NCBI GenBank assembly: GCA_024704765.1
Contig: JAKMXF010000335.1
Location: forward strand, 1-64,000
Source of the DNA: Oopsacas minuta
Taxonomy: Eukaryota; Animalia; Porifera
Direction of reading: 5' to 3'
Length of the DNA: 64,000 nt
A program made the translations under genes and the position numbers. This document shows, in pieces, positions 45,591-57,486 of this stretch (positions are counted from its first letter, which is position 1; every line of letters begins with the position of its first letter). Below the pieces are notes generated by a model. That model ran no database searches and was not told the DNA's origin. It saw only the letters and a program-made list of their open reading frames with translations.

Positions 45591-45910
45591 AGCAATTACA
45601 GTGCAATCATGTTGTGTGATAATCATTGTTGTATTATGGAAAGTTTGTTACAAACTACTTCTGTTGCAAACAATTGTCTAGCAAATAACTACTTAATACA
45701 GAAATCGACTGTATGCATTTCTATGACAGTTGTTTGGGAAGACACACACAAGTAAATAATTTAGATAAGGAAATAGTGAAAAACTTGTCTATATTCTTAC
45801 AACAATTAATATAAGCAAGGAATACCTAGGTTATAATCATAAAATCTAGGAATATTTAGTTAAAGTAATCTCGCTCCAAGAGAAACAGTGTATAAGAAAG
45901 GAAATAAAAA

Positions 45911-48725
45911 TTATCCCTTCCATCTTCCCCAGAAGCACATCTTAGCCGTTTTCAATTCTTCTGATATATTCTCCAAACTTCTACCTTTCGTTTCTGGTAC
46001 CAGAAAAAACACAGAGCATAAAGCTATCAAACAAAACACACCATACATAATATACATATACCCAAGTAAGAGATGATATACACTCAATATGGATACCGCT
46101 ACAATAAAATTCATAGCCCAATTTACTGTTGTTGCGAGAGATACAGCTTGTCCGCGAACTGATGGAGGAAATAATTCACACAATAGAAGCCAAGCTATAC
46201 TCCCAAAACTTATTTCATAAGCACCTACATAGATCATTAATAGAATCAGAGACAACCATTTCGTAGCAGTAACTGATGTGTGTTGAGAGTTTGACAGTGT
46301 TAAGTTATTAGGGAATATGTATTCTGATTGAGGAGATAGAGTTGTGTTATCACAGTTAGCGAGATGTATGGAAGAGTTATTAGATAGAATTAGGTGTGGA
46401 TCTATAAATGCAATTAATAGGCTACCCAGTAAAAACATGGAAATAGCCAGTAGAAAAATACCGATTAGTGACAGAGGACGACGGCCTAGCTTATCTATTG
46501 TGAAGAAGGTGATTATAGAAAATAGAAACTTGTTAGCTCCAACACCAATAGTAGCTAGTGTAGCAGCTTGATTAGAAGGGAATCCTAACACCTTGAGGAG
46601 AGTAGGTGTGTAGTAGAGTAGACTATTTTGTCCGCTTAACTGCTGGAATAGAACTACCATACATCCTATTAGCATGCGTTGTAGCATGCAGTCTTTCAAA
46701 CGAAATAAATCCCACCTAAATAAATACGGAGTTGTAACTATGAGGAAATCAAGAATAGCTACGAAAGGAATGGTCACCTATAATTAATCGGACACGGATA
46801 TATCTAAATACCCGCTTATATTGAAGTGTGAAATTGTATAAATATGAACCCAAACCGTCACAGTAACCTAAATTTCATCGATCATATCGGATACATGTAA
46901 TTGAACTGGAGCTGACAGTACTATATTCCAAAATTCGTTTATTCGTAATAAATTCCACAATATATATATACCAATGATATCTTCGTTCTTCCAGAATAGC
47001 AGTCCTCATTTCATTGAACTCATCACTTACGTCTGTCTCATAGCCTCTGATCTTCTGTAGGGTCTTAAGAGCTAGCTCTTTCTTACCTTTCATGAGGAGA
47101 AAGCGAGGTGTTCTAGGTAGGAACAGTGTACCTATACCTTGTAATAGAGCTGGTATTATACTCAAACCAAACATGTATCTCCAACCTTCTTGTATATCTA
47201 ACAGATACATGAATATGAAGGTAATTATGTAAATTTATTCGTTCATGCATTGCGGCCTTGATAATAGTTAATGCTTATTCTTTCAAACTATTTCAATAGT
47301 ATATCTATTCCGTAAGACGTACACTTGGATTGCACTTATAAATTTTGTTTCACGAAGGGGTACATCTTATTTGAAAGCATTAGTCAGCTCAACATATGAG
47401 ATTTAATTAAAATTTATACGATTGAGGTCATCCAAGAAACTGGAAAAATTTGTGGTATTGTATATATTCATAAGCTTATTATTATAGAATATTGAATGGC
47501 GGATAGATTAACTATACTCACCCACGAATAAATAGCTCACAGTATAAGCTAGTAGAATTCCTAAACATATTCCTAGCTCATTCAGAGAGACTAGCATTCC
47601 TCTCTTCTTTGAAGGAGCAATTTCACTCACATATACACATTCTGCTGTTGCAGATAGAGATACTCCATAGCCTATTATCAACCTGCCTATAACTAGCAAC
47701 CAGAAACTCTCTGAGAAAATAAGTATTACAGCGCCTACACAGAACACCACTGAGTCTAATATAATGGAAACTTTTCTGCCGAGGAAATCCACGAGAATAC
47801 CACCAGTCAGAGATCCGAAGAAAGCTCCAGCTACTAGTGAACTCACTACGATCTAAGGAAAATGGATTAATTTAGAATTTCATGAAAGAAAATCATTCTT
47901 TATTGTTCTCAATTTATATAAATATGCGATTTGTATAATTCATTTCTTTGCTATTTTCAATGAGTTTCTCAGCTAAGGGTATGATGTCATGTATTCTCAC
48001 TAGATTTCCACCTGCCGAACAGTGTTTCTTCTAAAGAATTATCTTTACAAGGCGCAATGGTGTGAAGAGAACACTGTCCAAAACCAAAAAATAACAATAT
48101 TGCTGTTCGATAGGAATTGGAACGGTCATACTGGAATAGACAAATTTCCCTAAGTGTGCATAGATTAAATTTCACACACCCTATGTATTAAGAAAATTGG
48201 GATAGCACACGAGGTCAGATATCGCGCACTCTCATAACTATTTGCAAAAATCACGCAGCCAGATAAATTCCTGACATACATATAGGTGGATATAATGAGG
48301 ATGCCTGTACATACACATATGCTAGTAACTGTAAGTAGTGTCACTAGCGTGTAATATAAATATTATCTTACCTCACTTCTAACAATTCCTAAACAAAATT
48401 CAATCCTCAGTTGCAGAATAGCACCTGATATAATTCCCAAATCATATCCAAACAGTACCCCACCAGCGATAGCCAATACAGCAGCAGAATAAAGATAAAT
48501 ATTCCCATGAATATATGCTATGAGCCTAGCAGTATAACTTTTCTGTGTTACGAGGCTATCACTTGCTATAGATCCATGTTCTGTAGATTTTATATTAGAT
48601 AAGAAAGGCGTAGAATCTTCTGTACATAACTCTGCATTTGCTAATGTATTACAGTCGTTTGTGTCCATATCTAAAAGATAATGAGAAATTGTTGCTTCAA
48701 TTTTGTTATAACTGAAGAGGCCCAT
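45911..48725 (-). CDS. Class III facilitative sugar transporter, GLUT10/GLUT12-like (SLC2A family), 4 exons
   Basis: Exons (start 48725 or 48668)-48372, 47852-47522, 47197-46972, 46715-45911 with compatible GT-AG phases; GYDLGIISGA, GRK, ELAP-like EIAPxKRG, WDLFRxKDxM, QQLSGQN, ELFP, PETKGRSLE. Confidence 0.92.
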
Positions 48726-49257
48726 GCAATCAAATGCCCCCGAAAATCTGCTCACAAAGCCCTATACAATATCATTATCCTTGTGTTTATTATTTCACGA
48801 TTCTGACATTATTGATGTAAATGTATAAATAGTTATTAATGTATTTAAAGTGGAGTTCGCCTATTTATGAATCGTACTTTGCATGAATTTTCCTTGCTAA
48901 TACATGAATTTACTATTATACTCACTATCTACTTCACAAAAATGCAATCTATGTTTATTTAACTCTTTTTTAGATTGCCTGTTCAGAGTTCAGACATAAA
49001 CATATACCTGTGTGTGTGTGTGTAATGAATTTGTGGAGTAAGGCATTCTAGGTTGCTATACAACTTGCAATGTACGTAGTTTTGTTCCAATATATATATA
49101 TCAATCCCTATGCTTAATTACTTAAGAATAGTTAATATCTATTGTTTAATTATTCCTGTAAGATACATAAGAGCATGGATAACTTAGAACTTTCCTTGAA
49201 AGCTCCCGAGAAGACTGCAAGCGAGCTATGTATATTCTGATATCTGATACGTTGGCA

Positions 49258-49938
49258 TTACACATCCGATAACAAGAGCATAGCTATAGTAGATAGTAAT
49301 AATAGCAAGCTGCTAGTTATACCAACTGCTGAGCTGTGGTAACATGAATTACAAGTATATTCGCTACATATTTCTGGTAGTGAGAATGCAGAGAATGGAA
49401 GTGTTCCATTTTTATATGTAGCCATATTTACTACTACTATTAATTCTTTAGAGTCTATCTTAACGGAAGCAGCGTAGATAACTGGTAATCCATTCTCTAT
49501 AACGACTCGAGCTGTGAAATTGGTCATAAAAAGAATGAAAGTTCCTTCAGTACTTTCTATAGCATTAGCGAATATATCCCAAGTATTGAAGGAAAATGGG
49601 AAGAGAGATGGTATGGAAAATTGTTTACTAATACATTGATCATCTGTAATACTAAAAGTTTGATTATCATATTGACTAGCGAAATAGAAACTATCAATAA
49701 TTATTCCTGATACGATAGCAGTTGAGTTGAGAATTTGTAGCCTTCTCGATACGTCGTGAACTACATTATATCGCGGAAATTTGATTGTCATATTTCCGAA
49801 AGAGAACGTTGCTGATCCCTGAAACGAAAAACTCTCAGAGAGTTGAGGAAATCGCCCATTTGTTACACGAATCAACGTAAAAAGTAGTATAAATATTATT
49901 TCATTCATCTTATAATTATGAAATTTGAAGAATAACAT
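49258..49938 (-). CDS. EPDR-like paralog E, intact, no stalk, GPI-type tail
   Basis: Signal peptide (likely start MNEIIF at 49908), FPQLSESFSF, PRYNVVHDVSRRLQ, NTWDIF, GLPV, FSLPEICSEYTCNSCY, SSAVGITSSLLLLLSTIAMLLL. Confidence 0.8.
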   Translation of the reverse strand: MLFFKFHNYKMNEIIFILLFTLIRVTNGRFPQLSESFSFQGSATFSFGNMTIKFPRYNVVHDVSRRLQILNSTAIVSGIIIDSFYFASQYDNQTFSITDDQCISKQFSIPSLFPFSFNTWDIFANAIESTEGTFILFMTNFTARVVIENGLPVIYAASVKIDSKELIVVVNMATYKNGTLPFSAFSLPEICSEYTCNSCYHSSAVGITSSLLLLLSTIAMLLLSDV

Positions 49939-50339
49939 ATTTAATATACAGAATGTGTACTGAATCTTTTCTTTCTACAGTTCAACAGACCATAATTTTC
50001 ATTTCTATGTATAAGAAAATTCAATATCTTTGAAAAGATGAAATGACCTAGAACGAACCCATACATATATACTTAGTTGCATTTAAGCCATTTATTCAAC
50101 TTAACATATACATAATAACCTTATAAGTACAAGATAAATCTCTTAGAATTAGCTGAATGACATGAACGCTTTACTTTTGTTTAATTGTGTGTAATTTGAC
50201 TTTCTCAAATAAAATATAGACTTATTATCTAGACAAATTCTAAAACTTTATTAACAACTTGTGCTTACCCTCCATTATGAATAATTAACATTAATTATCA
50301 GAATTATCCATTGAATTGGATCGTTATTAGTGCTAGCAA

Positions 50340-50512
50340 TACTGTTAAAGCAATCTAAAAAACTTAGGATGGAATAAACTGGACAATTCTTGATTTAGAG
50401 ATCAGTCTTATCAGCGGATTCGGTTTTATGTCTGTAATGATATGGCATTGTGTCAGAGGTAGAACTGGTTATAGAACACATTTCCCAATTCCTCTCATTG
50501 AAATGTTTGAAG
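50340..50512 (+). pseudogene. Internally deleted remnant of the orphan 7TM family
   Basis: Reads KQSKKLRM / INWTILDLEI, then directly SGFGFMSVMIWHCVRGRTGYRTHFPIPLIE. Confidence 0.7.
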
Positions 50513-50668
50513 GATCATTAACTATACATCAAATTGTTATAAGCTACTTTGTTTGACATTGCTCCATTTTTTAGTGTGCTACCCATGTTCATTTTCTTTT
50601 ATTTTTCTACAAATATTCTACTAACTATTTCCTCTAATCTACTAGTAATACTACATACATATATGTAC

Positions 50669-50803
50669 TAGCGGTTCCAAACCCATTTTATCATATATCA
50701 ATTATAACACATTCTGTGGACCCCTCCTCCATAGTCTACAATATAAATTTCGGAGAAAATATGGCCCCTGCTGTCAATGGACCTCATGTTGGAAACTTTG
50801 CTA
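50669..50803. mobile_element. hAT-type MITE; same family as 63674-63808
   Basis: TAGCGGTTCCAAACC start and CACATTCTGTGGA...CCATAG core match the reverse complement of the 63.7-kb copy. Confidence 0.6.
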
Positions 50804-51096
50804 TATACTATATTTGATCCTTGGTTTATTAGTATTGTATATTATTTAGGGATTTCTATACATTGCTATTGGAGGATTCATATATTAATTGGAGTGTTTC
50901 CAATCTTTTGCATCATGGACACCCTTTCAATTGTCTCTCCCATAGACTATTGTACTTTTCGTGCCCCCAGGTTGAGAAACAATGATATACTGTAAATGAA
51001 TGAAATTCGCTGGGAAATGTAATGTACTAAATTCTAGGGATCTAGGTTATATTTCCAGGAAAAATATATTAACATAAGACAGGAGATTAAAGCATG

Positions 51097-52365
51097 TTAG
51101 AAGAATTGGAGACATCCAGTATCCTTCTGACACACAACTATAATATGTCCAGTATTGTCTAGCACTATTCCAAATGGATTAACGAACTCCCCGATGCCCT
51201 GACCATTCTTCCCAAACTTATGTATCTGTTCTCCCTCCTGATTGAACACATACACACAATGATTGGTGTAGTCACTCATAATTATGTTATACTCTCTGTC
51301 TATGTCGAAAGAGTATGAACAAACTACTTGCTTGTCACTACCATGGGTTATCAATCTATTCATTAGTTTGTGATTTGAGTTAAACACGAAAATACATGGA
51401 TCACTGGAATCTAGTACCAATACTCTGTCTCGTGAAATCTTAACGTCACGTGGCTTGCTGAACAAGCCAATTCCAAGCATAGAATGAAACTCGAGATCTT
51501 GAGTTAAGACCTGAACTCTGTTATTATTATAATCACATATATAGAGATTGTTAGTTCTCGCAGAGGTGGTTAGACCATGTGGACTGCTGAATTGAAGTTC
51601 TCCGCTACCTTGAGCGCCAGCACTCTTGACTAGTTTCCCATCTAGTTCATACTCACACACACAACTACTACCATGCTGTGCAACGAACACATTATTTTCA
51701 GATATACAAATTCCTACTGGAAAACATACCTTCTCACTAAACATGAAGAGGTAGTCTCCGTTACAGGTAAACACTTGTATACGGTTGTTGGCCATATCTG
51801 CTACGTAAATATTCTCAGTTTTGTAATCCACTGCTATACATCTTGAATTGTTTAGTTCTCCTGGAGATTTTAGGCTGGACGATTTCTTGCAGCAGTAATT
51901 AGTAGGCAGCTGTTTGGCCTTGTAGTCTGGAATAACAGGCTTTACTTGAGGAGAGAAATTGCGGGTTGGAGGTATGTTAGTTTGATCGTTAAGTTTTATA
52001 TTTCCTAACTGTTCGATGTCTTTCTCGAATAGATAATCCCACTTAAATTCAATGAAACTGTCTGTCTCTGTTGTTAGTTCTGTTATTTTAGAATTGATTA
52101 ATGTTATAACACCTTCTCGTGTGTCAGTTACCTTATTTGATTTAAGAGTATTTGAACTGATAGATTTAATGTTGTTTAGAGATTCTAACAATTCTTGTAT
52201 TTCTTTAGTGTTTTTGTTATAGTCATCCTCAATTTGATCAATACGAGAGAGGAGGATCCTCTCTCGTATTTGTAGAGCTTCATGCGATCTCTTAAAGCTG
52301 TCTTGAATATTTTTTCGACTGTCATTTATCAGTTCTGCGAAATTTGCTTTTTGATTGCTAGCCAT
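51097..52365 (-). CDS. Coiled-coil + NHL-repeat (tripartite-motif-like, RING-less) protein, intact
   Basis: 422 aa; about six NHL repeats (NNRIQVF, FSSPHGL, DYNNNRVQV, GKNGQGIGEFVNPFGI). Confidence 0.88.
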   Translation of the reverse strand: MASNQKANFAELINDSRKNIQDSFKRSHEALQIRERILLSRIDQIEDDYNKNTKEIQELLESLNNIKSISSNTLKSNKVTDTREGVITLINSKITELTTETDSFIEFKWDYLFEKDIEQLGNIKLNDQTNIPPTRNFSPQVKPVIPDYKAKQLPTNYCCKKSSSLKSPGELNNSRCIAVDYKTENIYVADMANNRIQVFTCNGDYLFMFSEKVCFPVGICISENNVFVAQHGSSCVCEYELDGKLVKSAGAQGSGELQFSSPHGLTTSARTNNLYICDYNNNRVQVLTQDLEFHSMLGIGLFSKPRDVKISRDRVLVLDSSDPCIFVFNSNHKLMNRLITHGSDKQVVCSYSFDIDREYNIIMSDYTNHCVYVFNQEGEQIHKFGKNGQGIGEFVNPFGIVLDNTGHIIVVCQKDTGCLQFF

Positions 52366-53969
52366 TTAATACAGGTATTCTTTGGATAGTTTGTGAATTA
52401 TAGTTGATATATTTATGCCTAATGAGTTAGATGGAAAGTTATAATTTACAAAGATTTTGTTTTTTATATTATTGCATATTTATTAGTTTGGATTACTTAT
52501 GGTACTAATTAAATACTCATTAGTGCTGCAATTGGACTATGTAGAAGATTGAAGAGTATGAATGTTTGACTAGCAACTTATTATTAAATTCTAGATACAA
52601 TACAATACAATACACTCTATTGCAGCTGTTCCTAACCTGTGGTTCATGTTACCATGTACCCCTTGGTAGTCCACGGACGACAGCAGGGGGTCAACGCGAT
52701 CTTAAAATCCGAGCAGTCTACGGCAAGGTGTCAAGAAATTGTGTTAAAATTGGCATATGCATCGAAAACTGATGATAGCTGCTTATATCAAAGCTCAGAA
52801 ATGATGAAAATACATCAGAGGTGAAACCGATCGAGTCATAAAAACTGCTGACCTTTTCCATTGCTATCATATACATAATTAAAATACCATTGTTGGTAGT
52901 TTATTAAAGCTAATATTAAGTCCTTTGTTCTTGAATATAATATACAAGTAATTTGAAGAGGATCCGTAAATTAGGTAAGATGTGTCTGTTGTTCCAACAT
53001 ACTATTAATAAAAATACATCGTATATGATCTCTAATACAGCGAATGTAAATTCTTCAAAGATAAGGATTGTCCAGGTGTGTTATTGCTACTATCATGTTT
53101 GTAATTAGAATGTATGTTTATTCGACTGTAGTAGACTTGTGATGAATAATTACTAAAAATGTTCTCACTATTAATATATTTCAAACAGCTTCTCGATCAA
53201 TTTGAGTTTCATGTTTTGTTGAAAAGTGCAAAAGTACTTAACCACACTTTTGTAGGTCAGACTAATTTAGTGCTTCATGTTACGCTCTCACTAAAAACTT
53301 ATATGGCTGATCATATGTCTGCTATATTGTCCACTTTGGATGGTATGCATAGATCTAATAGCAAGAATAAGGGGTGCACATCTTTAGATCAGTACTCAGC
53401 GTAGTCCTTTTATCTCTAATTCTGTCGTATCTATAAACCATATCTGAATCAAGCAGCAAACTGCTATCACTTATCAAACCACTGTGTATTTAATTTTCTA
53501 ACTCGAGGAACAAATGCAACGGTAAGTTTAAATTGGAATTCTATTTTCATATTATAAAGCTCATTCAACACAAAGTAGAGCTCGGGTAAGACTTACCTCT
53601 TATCAGATAGTAGTATCTAAGAAACAAAATTTATTAGAACTACTATCTGAGTGTACGTACTTATTAATTTGTCTGATTTGACTTCCTCCAAAATCGGACA
53701 AATTTGCAAATCTGCTATAAGTATTATCTTAAGCAAGGTCCCTTCAAAACTATTCACCAATTACAAATATCATAATTTCTACCATATTACTGAGGTAATA
53801 ACACTCATATCCAGTAATCAAGTATATACAAGGAGTAATAATGAACACTCTTAATTAAGTTTCAATTAATTAGGGCACAATCATAGGTCAAATTAATCTC
53901 AAATAAGATAGGTGATTCACTCAAATATGAGCTATAGACGGATATGATTAGCATACTAGTTAGGTGTTA

Positions 53970-54141
53970 CAGTAGAAGCTCGCCTACCCGGGGCACCTTG
54001 ATGTCACTTCAAAAGCGCCCAGGTTTGGGAGGTCCCCAGTTTGAGTGTACCCAGGTTTGTAGAGCGGATTTTACATGGAACAAACTAAAGTTAATGAAAT
54101 GTGGTGGTTAAGTGACCGCCCCAGTTTCCGAGCTTCTACTA
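53970..54141. mobile_element. Tc1/pogo-like MITE
   Basis: TA-CAGTAGAAGCTCG / CGAGCTTCTACT inverted ends. Confidence 0.7.
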
Positions 54142-54771
54142 TACTACCAAATGTTACCTTTAATATGGTAGAGAAATATTGCTTGAGCAAGCACTAATGG
54201 CCTGAATTTTAATAATTCATTGCTAGCATGCATATTCCAACTGCTATAAAAGTGGTTATCTTTACACAGCTAGATTAGACATGACACCACTGAAATTTTG
54301 GGAACAGGTGAAAACAGCTGTATTGATAAATTGTGTATAAAAATTCGCATCATTCAAAACCAGGCAACCCAATTTGGGAAAAAGCTCAAAAGTCTAAACT
54401 TCACGCGGGGTTGGTAAGTATGTTTAAATGTATATGATTAGGGTATCAGACAAGCCATTAGTAGGCTATGCACTAATAAATTTATTTGGAGTTATACATA
54501 TATTATGATTATTATGGCCTTTTGGGGAGGAGAATTTAACCGAGAGCAAAATTGCCGGCTAATTGGAAATTGAGCTACTATATTCTAAGTGTGAAATTAT
54601 AGTTTCTATTTCGCATATTATATTAGAATCCATTGTACTATAATCAGCTGGAACTTGTTGCAAAGGGAAACCAGCTAAGTTAATGTTAATTTCAATATTG
54701 GTTATTGTTTTGAAAATTCTATTCGGACAGCTTATAATGTTTCGTTATCCAAGGCTGTTGCTGCGTCCTTT

Positions 54772-55063
54772 CCGGTGTGGTAGTGTCATGTGTCCTCCCT
54801 AAATTCTGTCCCCCCGGACTAGTGGCACTAGGGCCAAATGTCCCCCGGACTAGTGACACTAGGGCAAGGAGTCCCGCCGACGAATGGCACTAGTGTGGAG
54901 TGTCCCCCCGGACCTCTGGCACTAGGGTAAGTAGTCCCCACTTTGGGTCAGATGTCCCCCGGACTACTGACCCTAGTGCCAGAGGTCCGGGGGACATATC
55001 ACCCTAGTGCCACAAGTCCGGGGGGACAGCTCACCCGGAGGACCACTGCCCCTCTGACACCGG
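54772..55063. mobile_element. GC-rich non-autonomous element with subterminal repeats
   Basis: Ends CCGGTGT / ACACCGG; TGTCCCCCGGAC...GGCACTAGGG units direct on the left and inverted on the right. Confidence 0.65.
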
Positions 55064-55581
55064 TAATACATATTGCGGCTTGCTACGAAATTCTTAAAAT
55101 AACAAAACCATATCCAGCCCAGCTGGCGGAACATTATGAAAACAAATTTTGTTGTTGCTGTTGTTGGCACTCTAGCTACTGCCCGAATTCGGTGATTGGG
55201 TTACGCTAGTAGTGTTGCATTAGTAGACTGTCTCTCTACTTTATAGTTTTGAGACAGTCTACTTGTGAACAGAAAAATGAATATAAATTATAGGTTTAAA
55301 ATATTCATGACATCTTTTTGAAGCAAAACTCAAATGAGCACAACTACATCCTTATTAAATCAAATAATTATTAACTAGTAACACATCTTTGTAAGAATGA
55401 CATTATCTATCTAATTAATCTTTGGTTGTTGAATGCCCGAAGTCGAATTGTATTTCTAATAAATAATTCCTACTAGAAATAATTAATGATATATTATTGG
55501 CTATGATAGAAAGTATAAAAAGGATATAAAATCCAGTGTAATTACAGCTAAGTACAATTGAGTTACTTTTAAACTAGAAAC

Positions 55582-57486
55582 ATGTCAGTAGAGGATGTAA
55601 ACCAATCCAGTTCCTGTGAAGGTTATGGAACAACGTCAATCGATTGTCTTCTTGAAAATGGTTCAATCGAGGTAAATAACCAACTTAGTCCCAGTAAAAT
55701 ACCGGTAGACAGTGTTCTTCAATCTGGTTCAATCGAGGTAGATAGCGAGCCAAGTCCTTCTAAGGGTGATGCTACAACATTACTAGATTGCCTTATTGAA
55801 AATAGTTCAATCGAGGTAGATAACCAATTCAGTCCTTGTGAAATGTCAACGTCAATAGACAGTGTTCTTGAAAATAGTTCACAAAACGAGATGGATAATC
55901 AACCCAATGAAAGGAAATGCACCATGTCAATCAATAATATCCTCCAAAATAATTCTCAATTTGATAAAGAGAATCAATACAGGCCTGATCGCACCAGGAA
56001 AACCGCGTCAATACACAATATCCTTGAAAGGAATTTACAAATGGAAGAACTGGGCCAACAGAGCGCTTGCAATTTAAATAAAAAGGTGTCCATAGGTAGT
56101 ATTTATGCGAATTCTCAATCGGGATTGATTACCGCAAAGAAAACAACGAATAAACATGTAGACAAACCCCGAAGAATATCAGTGAAACTAGAGATAATTC
56201 TCTGGAGAATTTTCATAATTATTGGTATGCTGTTGGTGTGGAGCGTTGTGTTGATACCAGTCTTATTGAGTAGCACACAAGGGGTATTTGAATTTCCACA
56301 TAATACAACCATTAACGAAGAACTCCTCATAAAGGCAAATTTAACAAATAAGATAGTAACATGTCCATTTCAGTATAAGTTCTCTCCTGTAGTGAATTCT
56401 TGTCAACCAATTTGTGGGAAATGGAGTAGTTGTGGGCCAATATGCTATTATTTTGAACGCGCAACATATACAATCATTGCTATAGCTGGAATAATTACAA
56501 GCTGTGTTGCATTAGTCACTTGGATTCGTCTATCCTCCAATTGGAAATTCCATCATCATCCAATCTTTATTGGAATCATTGTCAATTTAATTCAAAGTAT
56601 AGCAATTGGAATCATTGACATTCCTGGAGCATATTACTTCACTTGTGGAGGTAAGGATGTTGATGATCTCAGTGTGGAGAAAGATCATGCTCTTCGTACA
56701 CAAATTCTAGGTGCAATCATCCATTCATTTGCTCTGTCCAACAGAATCTGGTTTGTAGTAGCGTTAATATACATCTTGCTTCGGATTTCATTCCCACTTA
56801 GAGAAATTTTCACTACCCGGAAAATGAAAATTATCCTAATTACTATAGAGATAATCGTCTGTATATGTATTCCTCTGTTGACTGAAGTAATTACCTTTGC
56901 CACTGGGTCATTATACGTACATTCTCCGAAAATTTTACTACCTGTGCCTGACAACAGATTATTTGCTGCATTTTTCGGATTTGTTCCCCATGCGTTCATT
57001 ACATCTTTTACAATGAGCGTCATTCTACTTATCATCTATAAAATACGGACGCAGATTATGGCTAACAATACCAAGATTCAGGGGATTGAAAAAAGATTGT
57101 TGTTCTTTTCAGGTCTATATTTTCTGCTGACTGTCATCGTAGCTGTCTCAGTTTCGATACATCTTGTGATCGACTCTGAGTTGGGGTATCGAGTAGAGGA
57201 ATACAGGGCAACACTCACACTTAACAGCATGGTACAACCTACAAACAATTCGTTTGCTAGCAATAATACTGTATTGAGCTTGCTCCCGATTGAGGATAGG
57301 CTAAGAATAACTGACGTTTCTGTTCCCTTACAAATCTATCTGAGTGCAGCGAGCAACAGACTGATGTTTATCGTTGTGTTTGCTGTCACATACATTAACG
57401 TGTTCTCAATATCAAGGGTCAAAGCCTTATTCAACCTCAACTCCAAACCCAACAATGTTTTTACTAACAAGAATGCCAGAGTGTAA
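55582..57486 (+). CDS. Orphan receptor-like protein: repeat-rich N-terminus, extra TM helix, Cys-rich loop, 7TM bundle
   Basis: 634 aa, intronless; about seven 22-27-aa N-terminal repeats; hydrophobic segment near aa 203-230; CPFQY...CQPICGKWSSCGPIC; seven further hydrophobic segments. Confidence 0.78.
   Translation: MSVEDVNQSSSCEGYGTTSIDCLLENGSIEVNNQLSPSKIPVDSVLQSGSIEVDSEPSPSKGDATTLLDCLIENSSIEVDNQFSPCEMSTSIDSVLENSSQNEMDNQPNERKCTMSINNILQNNSQFDKENQYRPDRTRKTASIHNILERNLQMEELGQQSACNLNKKVSIGSIYANSQSGLITAKKTTNKHVDKPRRISVKLEIILWRIFIIIGMLLVWSVVLIPVLLSSTQGVFEFPHNTTINEELLIKANLTNKIVTCPFQYKFSPVVNSCQPICGKWSSCGPICYYFERATYTIIAIAGIITSCVALVTWIRLSSNWKFHHHPIFIGIIVNLIQSIAIGIIDIPGAYYFTCGGKDVDDLSVEKDHALRTQILGAIIHSFALSNRIWFVVALIYILLRISFPLREIFTTRKMKIILITIEIIVCICIPLLTEVITFATGSLYVHSPKILLPVPDNRLFAAFFGFVPHAFITSFTMSVILLIIYKIRTQIMANNTKIQGIEKRLLFFSGLYFLLTVIVAVSVSIHLVIDSELGYRVEEYRATLTLNSMVQPTNNSFASNNTVLSLLPIEDRLRITDVSVPLQIYLSAASNRLMFIVVFAVTYINVFSISRVKALFNLNSKPNNVFTNKNARV

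Noticed and set aside
53159-53404. Minus strand with many in-frame TGA (possible mitochondrial-code insert)
   Set aside because: The peptide resembles no mitochondrial protein; the TGAs mirror TCA on the plus strand.
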